Assembly: GCA_963706955.1 (NCBI GenBank) | Contig: CAVPOC010000011.1 | Location: forward strand, 1-64,000 | Length of the DNA: 64,000 bases | Direction: 5' to 3' | Source of the DNA: an uncultured Verrucomicrobiae bacterium | Lineage (GTDB): Bacteria > Verrucomicrobiota > Verrucomicrobiia > Chthoniobacterales > Terrimicrobiaceae | Shown: positions 21,111 to 31,437 of the stretch, one piece after another | How the letters are laid out: the number at the start of each line of letters is the position of its first letter | Numbering within the stretch: the first letter of the stretch is position 1 | Made by a program: the position numbers and the translations under genes | The notes under the pieces: model-generated | The model's input: only the letters and a program-made list of their open reading frames with translations | Database searches by the model: none | What the model was told of the DNA's origin: nothing

Positions 21111-22073
21111 ATGCTAACCTTTATTTCCCGACGCCTTCTCATCAGCGCCGTCCTACTCTTCCTTATCAGTGTAATATCCTTCTTCATTATTACACTGACA
21201 CCGGGCAGTCCCTATCCCTGGGGAGAGCTCAACCCGAGGATTACCCCGCAGGTCAAGGAGGCTTTCAGGAAGAAGTTCCACCTCGATCGTCCCCTTCATC
21301 AACAATACTGGCTGAATATGCGCGACCTCTTCAGCGGCCGGCTCAGGAGCATCAAGGATGACCGCCCAGTGCTCAGCCGGATCGCCGAACGCCTGCCGGC
21401 CACCGTATCGCTCAACGTTCTGGCCATTGTTCTTTCTCTCACGTTCGGATTGCTGCTCGGCGTATATGCCGCCAAGCATGCGGGCAGACTGCCGGATGTA
21501 CTCACGTCCATTCTCGCTTTCGTCTTCATCGCGCTCCCGGGCTTCTGGGTTTCGGACCTGATCGTCATTGGGCTCGTGAAATTCACAAGCGCTCCGGTTC
21601 TCGGCACCCAAACCTACGGTATCGATTTCCCGAACGCCCTCTCGATGTGGCTAGACCGCTTTTGGCACCTCGCACTTCCCGCGATGGTCCTTTCGATCGG
21701 GGGCATTGCGGCGCAATCGCGCTACATCCGCGCCAGCATGATCGAGACTTTGCGCGAAGATTATATCCGCACCGCCTTGGCGAAAGGTCTGGCACACGAC
21801 TCAGTCTTCTACAAGCACGCGCTTCGCAATTCCATTCGCCCGCTGATCACTGGCATCGGAGGCTTGTTGCCCGGACTGATTGGAGGTTCCATCATCATCG
21901 AGACAATCTTCGCCTACCCAGGGCTTGGGCGGTTGGGCTATGAAGCTGTCCTCGAGCGGGATTACCCGACGTTGGTCGCGCTGAACTTCATTGTTGCGGC
22001 CCTCGTCTTGCTTGGCAACCTGATCTCCGACGTCCTCTATGCCGTGGTCGACCCACGCGTCCGGCTCGAGTAA
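21111..22073 (+). CDS. Peptide ABC permease (OppB/DppB-like)
   Basis: Motifs DYIRTALAKG, ETIFAYPGLG and DPRVR. Confidence 0.93.
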   Translation: MLTFISRRLLISAVLLFLISVISFFIITLTPGSPYPWGELNPRITPQVKEAFRKKFHLDRPLHQQYWLNMRDLFSGRLRSIKDDRPVLSRIAERLPATVSLNVLAIVLSLTFGLLLGVYAAKHAGRLPDVLTSILAFVFIALPGFWVSDLIVIGLVKFTSAPVLGTQTYGIDFPNALSMWLDRFWHLALPAMVLSIGGIAAQSRYIRASMIETLREDYIRTALAKGLAHDSVFYKHALRNSIRPLITGIGGLLPGLIGGSIIIETIFAYPGLGRLGYEAVLERDYPTLVALNFIVAALVLLGNLISDVLYAVVDPRVRLE

Positions 22074-22985
22074 ATGATCACCGATTCGCAACTTTCCGTC
22101 GCAGAATCAACCCGCACAGAGTTCGCTGGCCCAACCCGCCGCGTCTGGATCCGGTTTTGCCGCAACACCGTGGGCGTAATCGCCGCAGGCGTCGTTGCTC
22201 TATTCTTCCTGGTCGCGATCACTACAGGGATTGCTGCATGGTCGGGTTCCTATTTTCCACACGATCCGAACTCCACCAACCTGGCCCTCAAACTCAAGCC
22301 GCCCAGCCAGGAACACTGGCTCGGCACCGACAACCTCGGACGTGACGTCTTCTCCCGCATGCTCAATGGATCCTACATTTCCTTGACTGTAGGTTTCATC
22401 GCGGTGGCGGTCTCGCTCCTTATCGGCGTCACTGTGGGAGCCGTTTCCGGCTATCTCGGCGGATGGGTGGATAACGTGACGATGCGCATCGTGGACGCCA
22501 TTCTTTGTTTTCCGACCTTTTTTCTCATTCTCACTGCTGTAGCCCTTCTGGGTCCGAACATTCTCAACATTATCGCCGTGATCGGACTCGTTAGTTGGAC
22601 AGGAACGGCCCGGTTGGTCCGAGCGGAGTTTCTCACCCTGCGCGAAAGCGAATACGTGCGCGCTGCGCGCACACTCGGTCAGCGCTCTCTGCTGATCATA
22701 TTTCGCCATATCCTCCCAAATGCGGCCGCACCTATCATCGTGACAGCTGTCCTCGGCATTCCCGAAGCGATCCTGACTGAGGCAAGCTTAAGTTTCTTAG
22801 GTTTTGGCGTGCAACCACCCCAGGCTACCTGGGGCAATATCATCAGCGATGGCAAGACCTACCTCCTCGATGCCTGGTGGCTGATCGTCTTTCCGGGACT
22901 CGCCATCTTTGTCGCCGCACTGTCCTTTTATCTCGCTGGCGATGCCCTTCGCCAGGCATCCGAAACCCGCTCCGAGAAGAAATGA
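22074..22985 (+). CDS. Peptide ABC permease (OppC/DppC-like)
   Basis: Motifs HWLGTDNLGRD, RHILPN and EASLSFLG. Confidence 0.93.
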   Translation: MITDSQLSVAESTRTEFAGPTRRVWIRFCRNTVGVIAAGVVALFFLVAITTGIAAWSGSYFPHDPNSTNLALKLKPPSQEHWLGTDNLGRDVFSRMLNGSYISLTVGFIAVAVSLLIGVTVGAVSGYLGGWVDNVTMRIVDAILCFPTFFLILTAVALLGPNILNIIAVIGLVSWTGTARLVRAEFLTLRESEYVRAARTLGQRSLLIIFRHILPNAAAPIIVTAVLGIPEAILTEASLSFLGFGVQPPQATWGNIISDGKTYLLDAWWLIVFPGLAIFVAALSFYLAGDALRQASETRSEKK

Positions 22986-23827
22986 CCGCTCCCAACCTGC
23001 TTGAAGTCCGCCAGCTTTCCATTCGCTTCAACACCGATGATGGTCCAGTCGAGGCGGTCAAAAACGTCTCGTTTTCGTTAAAAGAAGGAGCCTCCCTGGC
23101 GATTGTCGGCGAAAGCGGAAGTGGCAAGAGCGTCACCGCCCTCTCGCTGACCCGCCTGCTGCCGGAGCCTCCGGCGGAGATTTTCCACGGCGATATCGTT
23201 TTTCGCGGCGAACATGTTCTCGAGATGGACGTAAAACACCTTCGCGCCATCCGTGGCGGAGGTATCGCCTACATCTTTCAAGAACCTTCCACGTCGCTCA
23301 ACCCGGTCTATACCATCCGCAGCCAGATCGCCGAAGCAATTCAGCTGCACCGCCCGGAAGTTAAGGATATCGACGCCGAGATCGTTCGCTGCTTGACCGC
23401 AGTCGGCATTGTCAACCCCCAGCAGCGCATGCTCGATTACCCGCATCAACTTAGCGGAGGAATGCAGCAACGAGCGATGATCGCGATGGCCCTGAGTTGC
23501 CGGCCAAATCTCCTCGTGGCCGACGAACCGACGACCGCTCTCGACGTCACCATCCAGGCGCAAATCCTCGCCGAGCTCAAGCGGCTGCGTGTCGAGTTTG
23601 GCATGGGACTTATCCTGATCACTCACAACATCGCCATCATTGGTGGCCTTTGCGACCGTGTCGCCGTGATGTTCCGCGGCCAAGTCGTCGAATACGGCGA
23701 GAGCGACAGCGTTTTGAGAAACCCGCAACATCCGTACACCAAGGCTCTGATTGCGTGCGTTCCGCGCCTTGGATCCAAAGAGAAACGCCTCAAAACCATC
23801 GAGTACGACTGGCTGTCACAGGCCTGA
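22982..23827 (+). CDS. Peptide ABC ATPase (OppD/DppD-like)
   Basis: Motifs [25 protein letters not shown] and HPYT; ATG 22982 overlaps the permease stop. Confidence 0.93.
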   Translation: MTAPNLLEVRQLSIRFNTDDGPVEAVKNVSFSLKEGASLAIVGESGSGKSVTALSLTRLLPEPPAEIFHGDIVFRGEHVLEMDVKHLRAIRGGGIAYIFQEPSTSLNPVYTIRSQIAEAIQLHRPEVKDIDAEIVRCLTAVGIVNPQQRMLDYPHQLSGGMQQRAMIAMALSCRPNLLVADEPTTALDVTIQAQILAELKRLRVEFGMGLILITHNIAIIGGLCDRVAVMFRGQVVEYGESDSVLRNPQHPYTKALIACVPRLGSKEKRLKTIEYDWLSQA

Positions 23828-23912
23828 TTTTTTTCCGGTTCTTTGTTGTCAGACGGTCGGGTTTTGCCAAAGTCCCCGTGAGCAACTTGCTATGAAAGGA
23901 GGGGAGATTCTC

Positions 23913-24035
23913 GTGAAATTGATCAAAGTCCTTGCTGCACTCGCAATCGCGGCCGCCAGTCTGAGCCTCGGCGCTTGTGCGCAAAAATCCCAGGCGGCGC
24001 CGCCGCCACCGCCCACTGTGGGAACCTACAAGTAG
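23913..24035 (+). CDS. 40-aa small lipoprotein
   Basis: Strong SD AAGGAGG upstream of GTG, a signal peptide with lipobox LGAC, a Pro-rich tail, and a downstream hairpin. Confidence 0.75.
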   Translation: MKLIKVLAALAIAAASLSLGACAQKSQAAPPPPPTVGTYK

Positions 24036-24040
24036 TCATT

Positions 24041-24655
24041 TTATAGCCGGGCGGGTTCAAGGCCCGCCCGGCCTTGCTTTGGGTTTGTCCGGCTCACGTG
24101 CGGATTGCCTGCCGCGTAGAACCTCCACGGCAGTTCCACCGCTCGCGAGATGCCAATCCGCAGAGAGGTGTTGATCAAGCGTTCGCCGAGCCCGCGTGAA
24201 AAGGCAAAATTTGCGTCGGAGCACATGTCCCTGCCGTGGTGACATCCCGTTACACCTAGAGCTTTGGTCAACTTGCCAGGCCCCGAGCACAATTGTCTCA
24301 GGTCCTCCACTCCCCTCGCCTTCTTCATCTCTTCGATCCCCTCGAGCGGCTCGAGCGCCCGGATGAGCACGAATCCCGTCCGCTCGGCTTTGACCAGAAC
24401 GTTCAGCATCCAGTGGACTCCGTAGCTAAAATAGACGTAAGCCGCACCCGGTTGCTGATCACCTACAAAGGCTCGGGCACTGGGACGAAAGGCTGTATGG
24501 CAGGCGTCGTCTCCCTCCGCGTCGTAGGCCTCCGTCTCAACGACAATTCCGCTGAGCATGCCGCAAGTCAGCTTGCACCCGACGAGCCCTCGCGCACAGG
24601 TTACTGGATCGCGCTGAAAAAAACACCGCTCTAGCATAAGCGCCCCTCGATTCAT
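24041..24655 (-). CDS. mpg: DNA-3-methyladenine glycosylase (MPG/AAG family)
   Basis: Motifs IVVETEAY, YVYFSYGVH, LIRALEP, GPGKL and RIGIS..PWRF. Confidence 0.92.
   Translation of the reverse strand: MNRGALMLERCFFQRDPVTCARGLVGCKLTCGMLSGIVVETEAYDAEGDDACHTAFRPSARAFVGDQQPGAAYVYFSYGVHWMLNVLVKAERTGFVLIRALEPLEGIEEMKKARGVEDLRQLCSGPGKLTKALGVTGCHHGRDMCSDANFAFSRGLGERLINTSLRIGISRAVELPWRFYAAGNPHVSRTNPKQGRAGLEPARL
24046..24072. terminator. GC-rich hairpin, probable (bidirectional) terminator
   Basis: gccgggcggg-ttcaagg-cccgcccggc followed by a T-rich run, at the junction of convergent genes. Confidence 0.65.
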
Positions 24656-24855
24656 AATTGCTTATCGAAGCCAAAATCCTCGCTGACCTGCAAATTGGAG
24701 GCAACGACAAGTTGTGCGGCGACCAAACACATCGTGGCACGAGGGCCGCGCCTCGAGCTTAGAACCGGTCTCTGCGAGGATAGAATGTTCTCGAGTATTG
24801 ATCCTCCAACCCGCAAAGTGTTGAAATTTCGGCAGCATCTCGGCGAAATTGGAGC

Positions 24856-25458
24856 ATGGACGGCACGAAGCAATCGAATATCGAGCCCGTCAAAGGCGAC
24901 GCGCTGATCATCGTTGACGTGCAATACGATTTTCTGCCCGGAGGTGCGCTCGCTGTTGCCGAAAGTGATCAAATCCTCCCAGTGCTTAACCAGTACATCG
25001 GCGTTTTCGAGCGGCGCAGTTTGCCGATATTCATGACGCGTGACTGGCATCCTCCGAATCACTGCTCCTTCCAAGAATATGGCGGACCCTGGCCCACACA
25101 CTGCGTCGCTGAGAGTCGAGGCGCCGCGTTTTCAGAGGAACTCAAATTCAATTCTCCGACCACGATTGTTTCCAAGGCCACCACTCCCGAGCGAGAGTGC
25201 TATTCGGACTTTGGCACGACCAATTTCGAGACTGACCTTCGCGCAAAGGGCATCGCGCGGCTCTTTGTTGGCGGGCTGGCGACGGATTATTGCGTCTTCA
25301 ACACCGTTAAGGACGCGCTCGCACTCGGCTTCACAACGTTCCTCCTCCGAGATGCCATCCGTGGTGTGAACGTCCAAGCTGACGATAGCGAAAATGCCCA
25401 ACAAGAAATGATTCGGCTGGGCGCAGTGTCGATCGAATTTCAAGATCTCGCAGCGTGA
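24856..25458 (+). CDS. pncA: Nicotinamidase
   Basis: Motifs VDVQYDF..GGAL, DWHP, WPTHC and GLATDYCV; adjacent to pncB. Confidence 0.9.
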   Translation: MDGTKQSNIEPVKGDALIIVDVQYDFLPGGALAVAESDQILPVLNQYIGVFERRSLPIFMTRDWHPPNHCSFQEYGGPWPTHCVAESRGAAFSEELKFNSPTTIVSKATTPERECYSDFGTTNFETDLRAKGIARLFVGGLATDYCVFNTVKDALALGFTTFLLRDAIRGVNVQADDSENAQQEMIRLGAVSIEFQDLAA

Positions 25459-26816
25459 AGATCGACTACGGCCCGCTGCTGACCGATCGCTATCAACTGA
25501 CCATGCTCCAGGCCTACTGGCAGCATGAGATGCACGAGACGGCCGTCTTTGAATTCTTCGTCCGTAAGCTGCCCCCGGAGCGCAATTTTCTTGTCGCCGC
25601 CGGTCTCGAGCCGGCTCTCGAATTTCTCGAACAATTTGCCTTTTCAAAAGAGGAGATCGACTGGCTGGCTCAGGCAGAGCACTTCCGTCCCGATTTCCTT
25701 CGATGGCTCGAAGGAGTGCGTTTCACCGGCGACGTCAATGCGATGCCTGAAGGCACGGTGTTCTTCCCAAATGAACCGATCCTCCAAATTATCGCGCCGC
25801 TGCCCGAGGCGCAGGTCGTTGAAACTCGCCTGATCAATCTCCTCAACTTTCAAACGGCCGTCGCGTCCAAGGCTGCGCGGTCGAGTCTGGTGGCTCCCGG
25901 TAAATTGCTGGTCGAATTTGGGCTGCGCCGAGCCCACGGCGCCGACGCCGCCCTGATGGCCGCGCGCGCATGCTATATCGTCGGCTTTCAAGGCACCTCT
26001 AATGTTCTCGCGGGTCGGTTGTTCGATATTCCTCTCTATGGCACGATGGCACATTCGTTTATTCAAGCACATGAGGACGAAGCCGAGGCTTTTGAGAATT
26101 TTGCCGATGCGAATTCCGGCGACATCGTCCTCTTGATCGATACCTACGACACCAAAGCTGCTGCCGAAAAAGTCACTCAGCTGGCCGTCGCGTGGAAAGA
26201 ACGCGGCATCAAAATCAAGGGAGTGCGGATCGATAGCGGAGATCTCGGCAGCGAAGCCCGAAAGGTCCGCGCGATTCTCGACAAGGCCCAATTGCGCGAC
26301 ATAACTATCTTCGCCAGCGGAAACCTGGACGAGTATCTGCTCCGCGATCTCGTCGAAGCCCACACGCCTATCGACGGTTTTGGGATCGGAACGAAACTAG
26401 ACACTTCCTCAGACGCACCCTATCTGAACTGCGCCTATAAACTGCAGGAATACGCCGGCCGCCCAAGACGCAAGCATTCTGAGGGAAAGGCCACCTGGCC
26501 GGGCCGCAAGCAGGTCCATCGCGATCTCGATGATTCCGGTCGAATGACCAGCGACATCTTAGCCTTTCATGATGAGAAGCCGGTCGCCGGTTTGCTCGTT
26601 CCGGTCATGCGCAAGGGTAAGCGGCTCGCCCAGCCAACGCCGTTGGCGGATGTGCGCCACTACGCCACCAACCAGCTCGCGCACCTCCCCAACCGCTTAC
26701 GAACTCTCGATCGCGGCGACCCCTATCCGGTGACCGTCTCCCCTTCGCTGCAAGAATGTGCCCGCGCTCTCGACGTGCAAAACGTCCGTAACAGGACTTC
26801 GAAAACGGGCACCTAA
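25455..26816 (+). CDS. pncB: Nicotinate phosphoribosyltransferase
   Basis: Motifs LTDRYQLTM, EFGLRRAH, GTMAHS, LIDTYD and RIDSGD. Confidence 0.94.
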   Translation: MKIDYGPLLTDRYQLTMLQAYWQHEMHETAVFEFFVRKLPPERNFLVAAGLEPALEFLEQFAFSKEEIDWLAQAEHFRPDFLRWLEGVRFTGDVNAMPEGTVFFPNEPILQIIAPLPEAQVVETRLINLLNFQTAVASKAARSSLVAPGKLLVEFGLRRAHGADAALMAARACYIVGFQGTSNVLAGRLFDIPLYGTMAHSFIQAHEDEAEAFENFADANSGDIVLLIDTYDTKAAAEKVTQLAVAWKERGIKIKGVRIDSGDLGSEARKVRAILDKAQLRDITIFASGNLDEYLLRDLVEAHTPIDGFGIGTKLDTSSDAPYLNCAYKLQEYAGRPRRKHSEGKATWPGRKQVHRDLDDSGRMTSDILAFHDEKPVAGLLVPVMRKGKRLAQPTPLADVRHYATNQLAHLPNRLRTLDRGDPYPVTVSPSLQECARALDVQNVRNRTSKTGT

Positions 26817-26921
26817 GCGTATTTGCCAATAATGTGTTCGCGAGGATCAGTTCAAACATTTGTGGAGGCGCCACTACAACTCGGCCGTTACCGCTCTTAT
26901 AATAACCGCGGGTTTCTGAAC

Positions 26922-27590
26922 CTAAGGCGCCAGTCGCTCGACCCTCCACGAGCCATTCGGTTCGCGGCGATACTCAAATCGATCGTGGAGTCGATTTCGC
27001 CCTCCTTGCCAGAATTCAATCGTTTCCGGCGCGACTCTGTAGCCGCCCCAAAATGGCGGGAGCGACACTTTCTTGTTGGCGAACTTCCGCTCTACTTTCT
27101 CCCACTCGCTCTCGAGGATCGTTCGCGAACCGATTGGGCGGCTCTGCGGCGACGCCCACGCCGAGATCTGGCTATCACGTGGACGAATCTCGAAATAGCT
27201 TGAGACTTCGCTGTTCGTGACGCGAGAGACCGAACCGGTCACAATTACCTGACGTTCCAGAGCCAGCCACGGAAAGAGCAGAGAAGCATTCGGATTTTCA
27301 TCGAGCTGGCGAGCCTTGCGGCTCTCCAGGTTGGTATAGAAGACGAAACCCCGCGCATCCAGGCTCTTCAACAAGACCGTTCGAACGCTGGGTCGCCCAT
27401 TTTTCCAAGCGGTCGCGAGGCTCATGGCGTTGGGCTCAATCATGCCGGCGCCTAATGCCTCGTTCAGCCATAAAGCAAATTGCTCGAGCGGGTCGGCATG
27501 AAGATCGACACGCCGCAACCTGCGCGCGCCATAGGTTCTTCTAATTTCTGCAATTCTTTGAGAAGCTTCGTCCACCGCGATTTCACCCAT
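26922..27590 (-). CDS. pdxH: Pyridoxamine 5'-phosphate oxidase
   Basis: Motifs PNAMSLAT, RTVLLK and EFWQGGRNRLHDR. Confidence 0.95.
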   Translation of the reverse strand: MGEIAVDEASQRIAEIRRTYGARRLRRVDLHADPLEQFALWLNEALGAGMIEPNAMSLATAWKNGRPSVRTVLLKSLDARGFVFYTNLESRKARQLDENPNASLLFPWLALERQVIVTGSVSRVTNSEVSSYFEIRPRDSQISAWASPQSRPIGSRTILESEWEKVERKFANKKVSLPPFWGGYRVAPETIEFWQGGRNRLHDRFEYRREPNGSWRVERLAP

Positions 27591-27614
27591 ATCACAATCT
27601 CGGCGGGCGTGCGG

Positions 27615-29306
27615 CTATTTTGCAGTGGAGCGCGCACCCGTCTGCCTTTTCGAACTGACGCGACTTTCGTCAGGCTGAGCGCGCCGGTCCGCCAAAGCTT
27701 TCAAGAGGTTCGTAATTGTTGCTTCCGGTCGAGCTTTCGAGGCGATGGCGACGAATTCAGGTGCGGGGAGTTCGTTGGGCGGTTCATACGAGTCGCTCAG
27801 CGTCTCGAAATCTTCAAACCGCGCGTCAGAGACTTGGGCGTTCTTACCGGTGCGATCCTTGAGCCGTTGTCGGATCCTTTTGTCAGAAGCCTTTGCTTCA
27901 ACAAAAAAGAAAGCGATGCCAGCTCTTCTAAGTTTTTCTCGAAGTTGATCGCGAAGGAACCGCCGGCTGTAGGTCGCATCAAGAATCACGCTGCGTCGAT
28001 TTCGGACGTGCCTGATAGCACTTGCGAAGAGTGCTTGGTAAGTCCTCACCGTCATCTCCTCGGCATAGAGTCGCTGTTTTTCCTCTGCGTTCACCACACG
28101 CCGGCGAAGCGGCACTCGGGCCAGAGTTTTCCGGAGCACATCCGAAGAAAATACTTCCCAGTCGAGTTCGCGTCCGAGCATTCGCGCGAGGGTGCTTTTT
28201 CCCGAGGCGATCCGACCCATCACGACCACAACCAGGGGCTTTGAGCCGGCCACGGCATACCGAAGAGCAAGCTTGAAGTAACTCCTCGCCTTCCTGAGGC
28301 TGCCTTCCTTGGCAGTGACCTCCCGCGCCCCGAGACTTTGAATCGTCTCCACCTTCCCCCGAACATACGCCCGATAGCACTTGTAGAAATCAACCACTGC
28401 CAGCAAATCTTCGTCGCGCAATGCACGCGCCATCTGGCTGACAAAATAGTCAGCCAAATCAGGCCGACCTTGGTAGTCGAAATCCATTGCCAGAAAAGCC
28501 AGGTCGTTCGCCCAATCGAGGTAGCGGAGACGATCGTTGAACTCGATGCAGTCGTAAATCGAAAGATGCCTCGGACCCAGGTGAATATGCTCCAGGCGCA
28601 GATCGCCGTGACAATCGCGAATTCGGTGTTCACGCATCCGTCGTGCGCAGAGACTGGCATTGCCGCGATAAAATTTCATCGTAAAGTGCCGAACGGCCGC
28701 AAAAGCGGCCCGCGAGATCGAACTTCCGACAAATTTTTCTGTTTGCCGGAAGTTTTCGTTGGTGCTGATCTTCAACTTCTCGATACCTCCCCATCGTGTG
28801 ATCGCCGCCGTTGGAGTCTGCGCCTCGTAGAACTTTCTCAGCGCAGAGACAATTCGGTTCATCTGGGGACGGCCGACCTTTTTGAGCCGGATCAGCCGGG
28901 GAAGGAAATAGCGCGGATCGAGTTTCCGCATCTGAACTGCATACTCCACGGTCGCGCCGCCATCGGAGAACGTCAGTTTTCCATCGTTCATGAAGATTGG
29001 CAGAACTCCCAAATGAACGTGTGAGCTTAGTCTCCTGTTGAGCAGGACTTCTCGTTCACAGAAGTGACGGCGTTTTTCCAGCGTCGAAAAATCGAGAAAC
29101 CCCAAGTCGACCGCTTTTTTCACTTTGTAGACATGCCGGGCGGTGATGACTACGTAGGAAGCGTGGGTCTGGAGAAACCGGACACTCCGCGGACGTTCCG
29201 GATAGGAATGGCGATTACAGAGGAAGGAAATCAGCTGTTCCTTAGTAACCGTCCTTCCGCGGGCGAAATCCTTCGCGGATCCGCTTCTCAAGGGAGGGCA
29301 TTTCAC
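27615..29306 (-). CDS. APH-like kinase fused to an AAA_33 ATPase (Rv2004c-like)
   Basis: Motifs QTHASYV, CHGDLRLEHI, DCIEF and YRAYVRGKV, plus P-loop GRIASGKST. Confidence 0.88.
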   Translation of the reverse strand: MKCPPLRSGSAKDFARGRTVTKEQLISFLCNRHSYPERPRSVRFLQTHASYVVITARHVYKVKKAVDLGFLDFSTLEKRRHFCEREVLLNRRLSSHVHLGVLPIFMNDGKLTFSDGGATVEYAVQMRKLDPRYFLPRLIRLKKVGRPQMNRIVSALRKFYEAQTPTAAITRWGGIEKLKISTNENFRQTEKFVGSSISRAAFAAVRHFTMKFYRGNASLCARRMREHRIRDCHGDLRLEHIHLGPRHLSIYDCIEFNDRLRYLDWANDLAFLAMDFDYQGRPDLADYFVSQMARALRDEDLLAVVDFYKCYRAYVRGKVETIQSLGAREVTAKEGSLRKARSYFKLALRYAVAGSKPLVVVVMGRIASGKSTLARMLGRELDWEVFSSDVLRKTLARVPLRRRVVNAEEKQRLYAEEMTVRTYQALFASAIRHVRNRRSVILDATYSRRFLRDQLREKLRRAGIAFFFVEAKASDKRIRQRLKDRTGKNAQVSDARFEDFETLSDSYEPPNELPAPEFVAIASKARPEATITNLLKALADRRAQPDESRVSSKRQTGARSTAK

Positions 29307-29312
29307 TTGAAG

Positions 29313-29969
29313 CTAAATATGCTTGGAACGTTCGTAGAGGTCCCTCACCTGCCAGTCCGGCGTCTGATCGAAAACCTTGTACCACTGTCCGACAGCATAA
29401 AAAGGCTCCGGCGTCGCGACAGTGACGACCTCGTCGGCTTCCGATCGCAAGATTTCGCAGGTAGACGGAGGCGCCACTGGAACCGCTACAATAATCCGAT
29501 CGGGATGTTGTCGTCGAAGGGCAGCTACCGCAGCGCGCATCGTCGAACCTGTGGCAACCCCATCGTCGATGAGGACGATCGTCTTGTCACCCACTTCCGG
29601 GAACGGGACATTGCCACGGTAGAGACGTTCACGACGTTCCAGTTCAACTCGCTCTTTCTCGGCCACCGCCTCGATGATGCTTTCAGTGATGCCGAATGAA
29701 TTGACAACTTCCTCGTTGAGCACCCGCACATTGCCACTGGCGAGCGCGCCCATCGCCAACTCCTCGTTGGTCGGGAGTCCAAGTTTCCGAACGACAAAAA
29801 TGTCCAGCGGAACATCCAATGCTTCGGCCACTTCGAAGGCTACCGGAACCCCTCCCCTGGGCAGAGCCAAAATCAAGACGTCGTCGCGATGAGCATAGGC
29901 GCCCAGCAGCTTCGCGAGTGCCTGTCCCGCTTCAATCCGATCATGAAAAAGTCTGCTCATCACTTTCAT
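29313..29969 (-). CDS. Phosphoribosyltransferase-domain protein (Rv0571c/Rv2030c N-terminal type)
   Basis: Motifs LPRGGVPVA, VRKLG, IDDGVATGST and AVGQWY. Confidence 0.9.
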   Translation of the reverse strand: MKVMSRLFHDRIEAGQALAKLLGAYAHRDDVLILALPRGGVPVAFEVAEALDVPLDIFVVRKLGLPTNEELAMGALASGNVRVLNEEVVNSFGITESIIEAVAEKERVELERRERLYRGNVPFPEVGDKTIVLIDDGVATGSTMRAAVAALRRQHPDRIIVAVPVAPPSTCEILRSEADEVVTVATPEPFYAVGQWYKVFDQTPDWQVRDLYERSKHI

Positions 29970-30175
29970 CGACTGCAGTGGTCTGAGGGCGCACGTGCGA
30001 GCCCTTCTCTTCAAACTGATCGTGTGAAGACCTTCATCTGGATTTCCTAACCTGCTCCCCGAACGAACTCACCGCTCCAACTCGCTCTCGTCACCAAGGT
30101 ATCGCCTTCAGCACGTTCCTTTTAAACGCTGGCTTTTTCTGACGACTATGCCTAGAGTAGCGCAGCTCCTTAACC

Positions 30176-30799
30176 TTGGATCATCTATTTTTGTTGCGGA
30201 TCACGCTTGCCGTGGGCCTGCTGGGCGCGTTTCAACCCCGGTTGAACGCCGCAACCTTCGATTCCTCGCTCACGGTTGTGGTCAGCGTCGCCGAGCAGCG
30301 ACTCGCGTTGGTCGAAGATGGCGTCATCATTAGGAAGTTCCCCATCTCAACTTCCAAATTTGGTCTCGGAGACGGACCCAACAGCTACAAAACGCCGCTT
30401 GGGCGGCTCCGTGTCTGTGTGAAGCTGGGCGACGACCTTCCCGTAGGAGCCGTCTTCAAGCGAAGAAACTTTAGCGGCGAAGTCATCCCAAGGAACGCTC
30501 GTGGTCGCGATCCCATTGTCACCCGCATCCTCTGGTTGGAAGGCATCGAACCGAGCAACAAGAACGCTCGAACACGCTGCATCTACATTCACGGCACCCC
30601 GCAGGAGCGGATGATCGGAACAGCCAGCAGTTTTGGATGTGTGCGAATGCGATCTGCTGACGTTATCGAAGTCTTCGATGCCGTTCCCATTGGAACGACC
30701 GTAACTATCATCCCGGGCAAGCTTCCCCGCGCTCGAAATTCGGCGCCGTTTAAATTCCTGGTCTTCGGGCACGCCAGCCACGTTCAAGAAAGGTCTTGA
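30176..30799 (+). CDS. L,D-transpeptidase (YkuD) family protein
   Basis: Motifs TPLG and IYIHGT..SFGCVRM; signal peptide. Confidence 0.88.
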   Translation: MDHLFLLRITLAVGLLGAFQPRLNAATFDSSLTVVVSVAEQRLALVEDGVIIRKFPISTSKFGLGDGPNSYKTPLGRLRVCVKLGDDLPVGAVFKRRNFSGEVIPRNARGRDPIVTRILWLEGIEPSNKNARTRCIYIHGTPQERMIGTASSFGCVRMRSADVIEVFDAVPIGTTVTIIPGKLPRARNSAPFKFLVFGHASHVQERS

Positions 30800-30846
30800 C
30801 CACTTAGGTCAGGATATTTGGCACAACCGGACCGGCCCTGAGGAGG

Positions 30847-31326
30847 TTATTCTTCGCCGTCGTAATATTGCAATGGCTCGCTTCGAATCAGCCGTCGCTC
30901 CGGTGATCGCACGGCCCACTTCTGACTGTCCGGATAAAAAGTAGACTCCCCAATCGGGTTGTCAGCCACGACGCAGATGACCAAATCGCTCTCGCTGTCG
31001 TTGATCAATTGATGCGGCTCGCCGGGTTTGAAGAGGAACGCGTCGCCGGCTTCGATCAGGGTCTTGCCTTCTGCATGACGCACTTGGCCGCGACCTGAAA
31101 TCACCTGGTAGAATTCCCATTGGGCACTATGAGAATGATAAGGATACGGCACCTGGCCGGCAGAGATTCGCAAGATCTCCACATCGAACGGGTGGCGTTC
31201 GCTTAGATCCAGAGACTGCGGATTTCGCCCCAACGCCTCAGAAATGCCCCGGCTGGAGCCCGTAAACTTTCCTTTAGGCGAAGACCATGTCTCTTCCGCC
31301 AACTCGTTTATGTTTACCTTGCGCAC
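30847..31326 (-). CDS. Cupin-domain protein
   Basis: Cupin motifs HSHSAQWE..SG and FKPGEPH. Confidence 0.85.
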   Translation of the reverse strand: MRKVNINELAEETWSSPKGKFTGSSRGISEALGRNPQSLDLSERHPFDVEILRISAGQVPYPYHSHSAQWEFYQVISGRGQVRHAEGKTLIEAGDAFLFKPGEPHQLINDSESDLVICVVADNPIGESTFYPDSQKWAVRSPERRLIRSEPLQYYDGEE

Positions 31327-31437
31327 AATTCAGATCTTTGCGCCGACAACCTGATTCCGCAACCGGGAGCTGAGCAAGCGAAAAATAGTTTCAAGGGATC
31401 GAAACGGATCCTGGTCGTGAATGGCGGCGAAGACCAG

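Noticed and set aside
24676..24781. 8-bp inverted repeat upstream of pncA as a possible NAD riboswitch
   Set aside because: Too short, and no recognisable riboswitch consensus; an Rfam scan would be needed.
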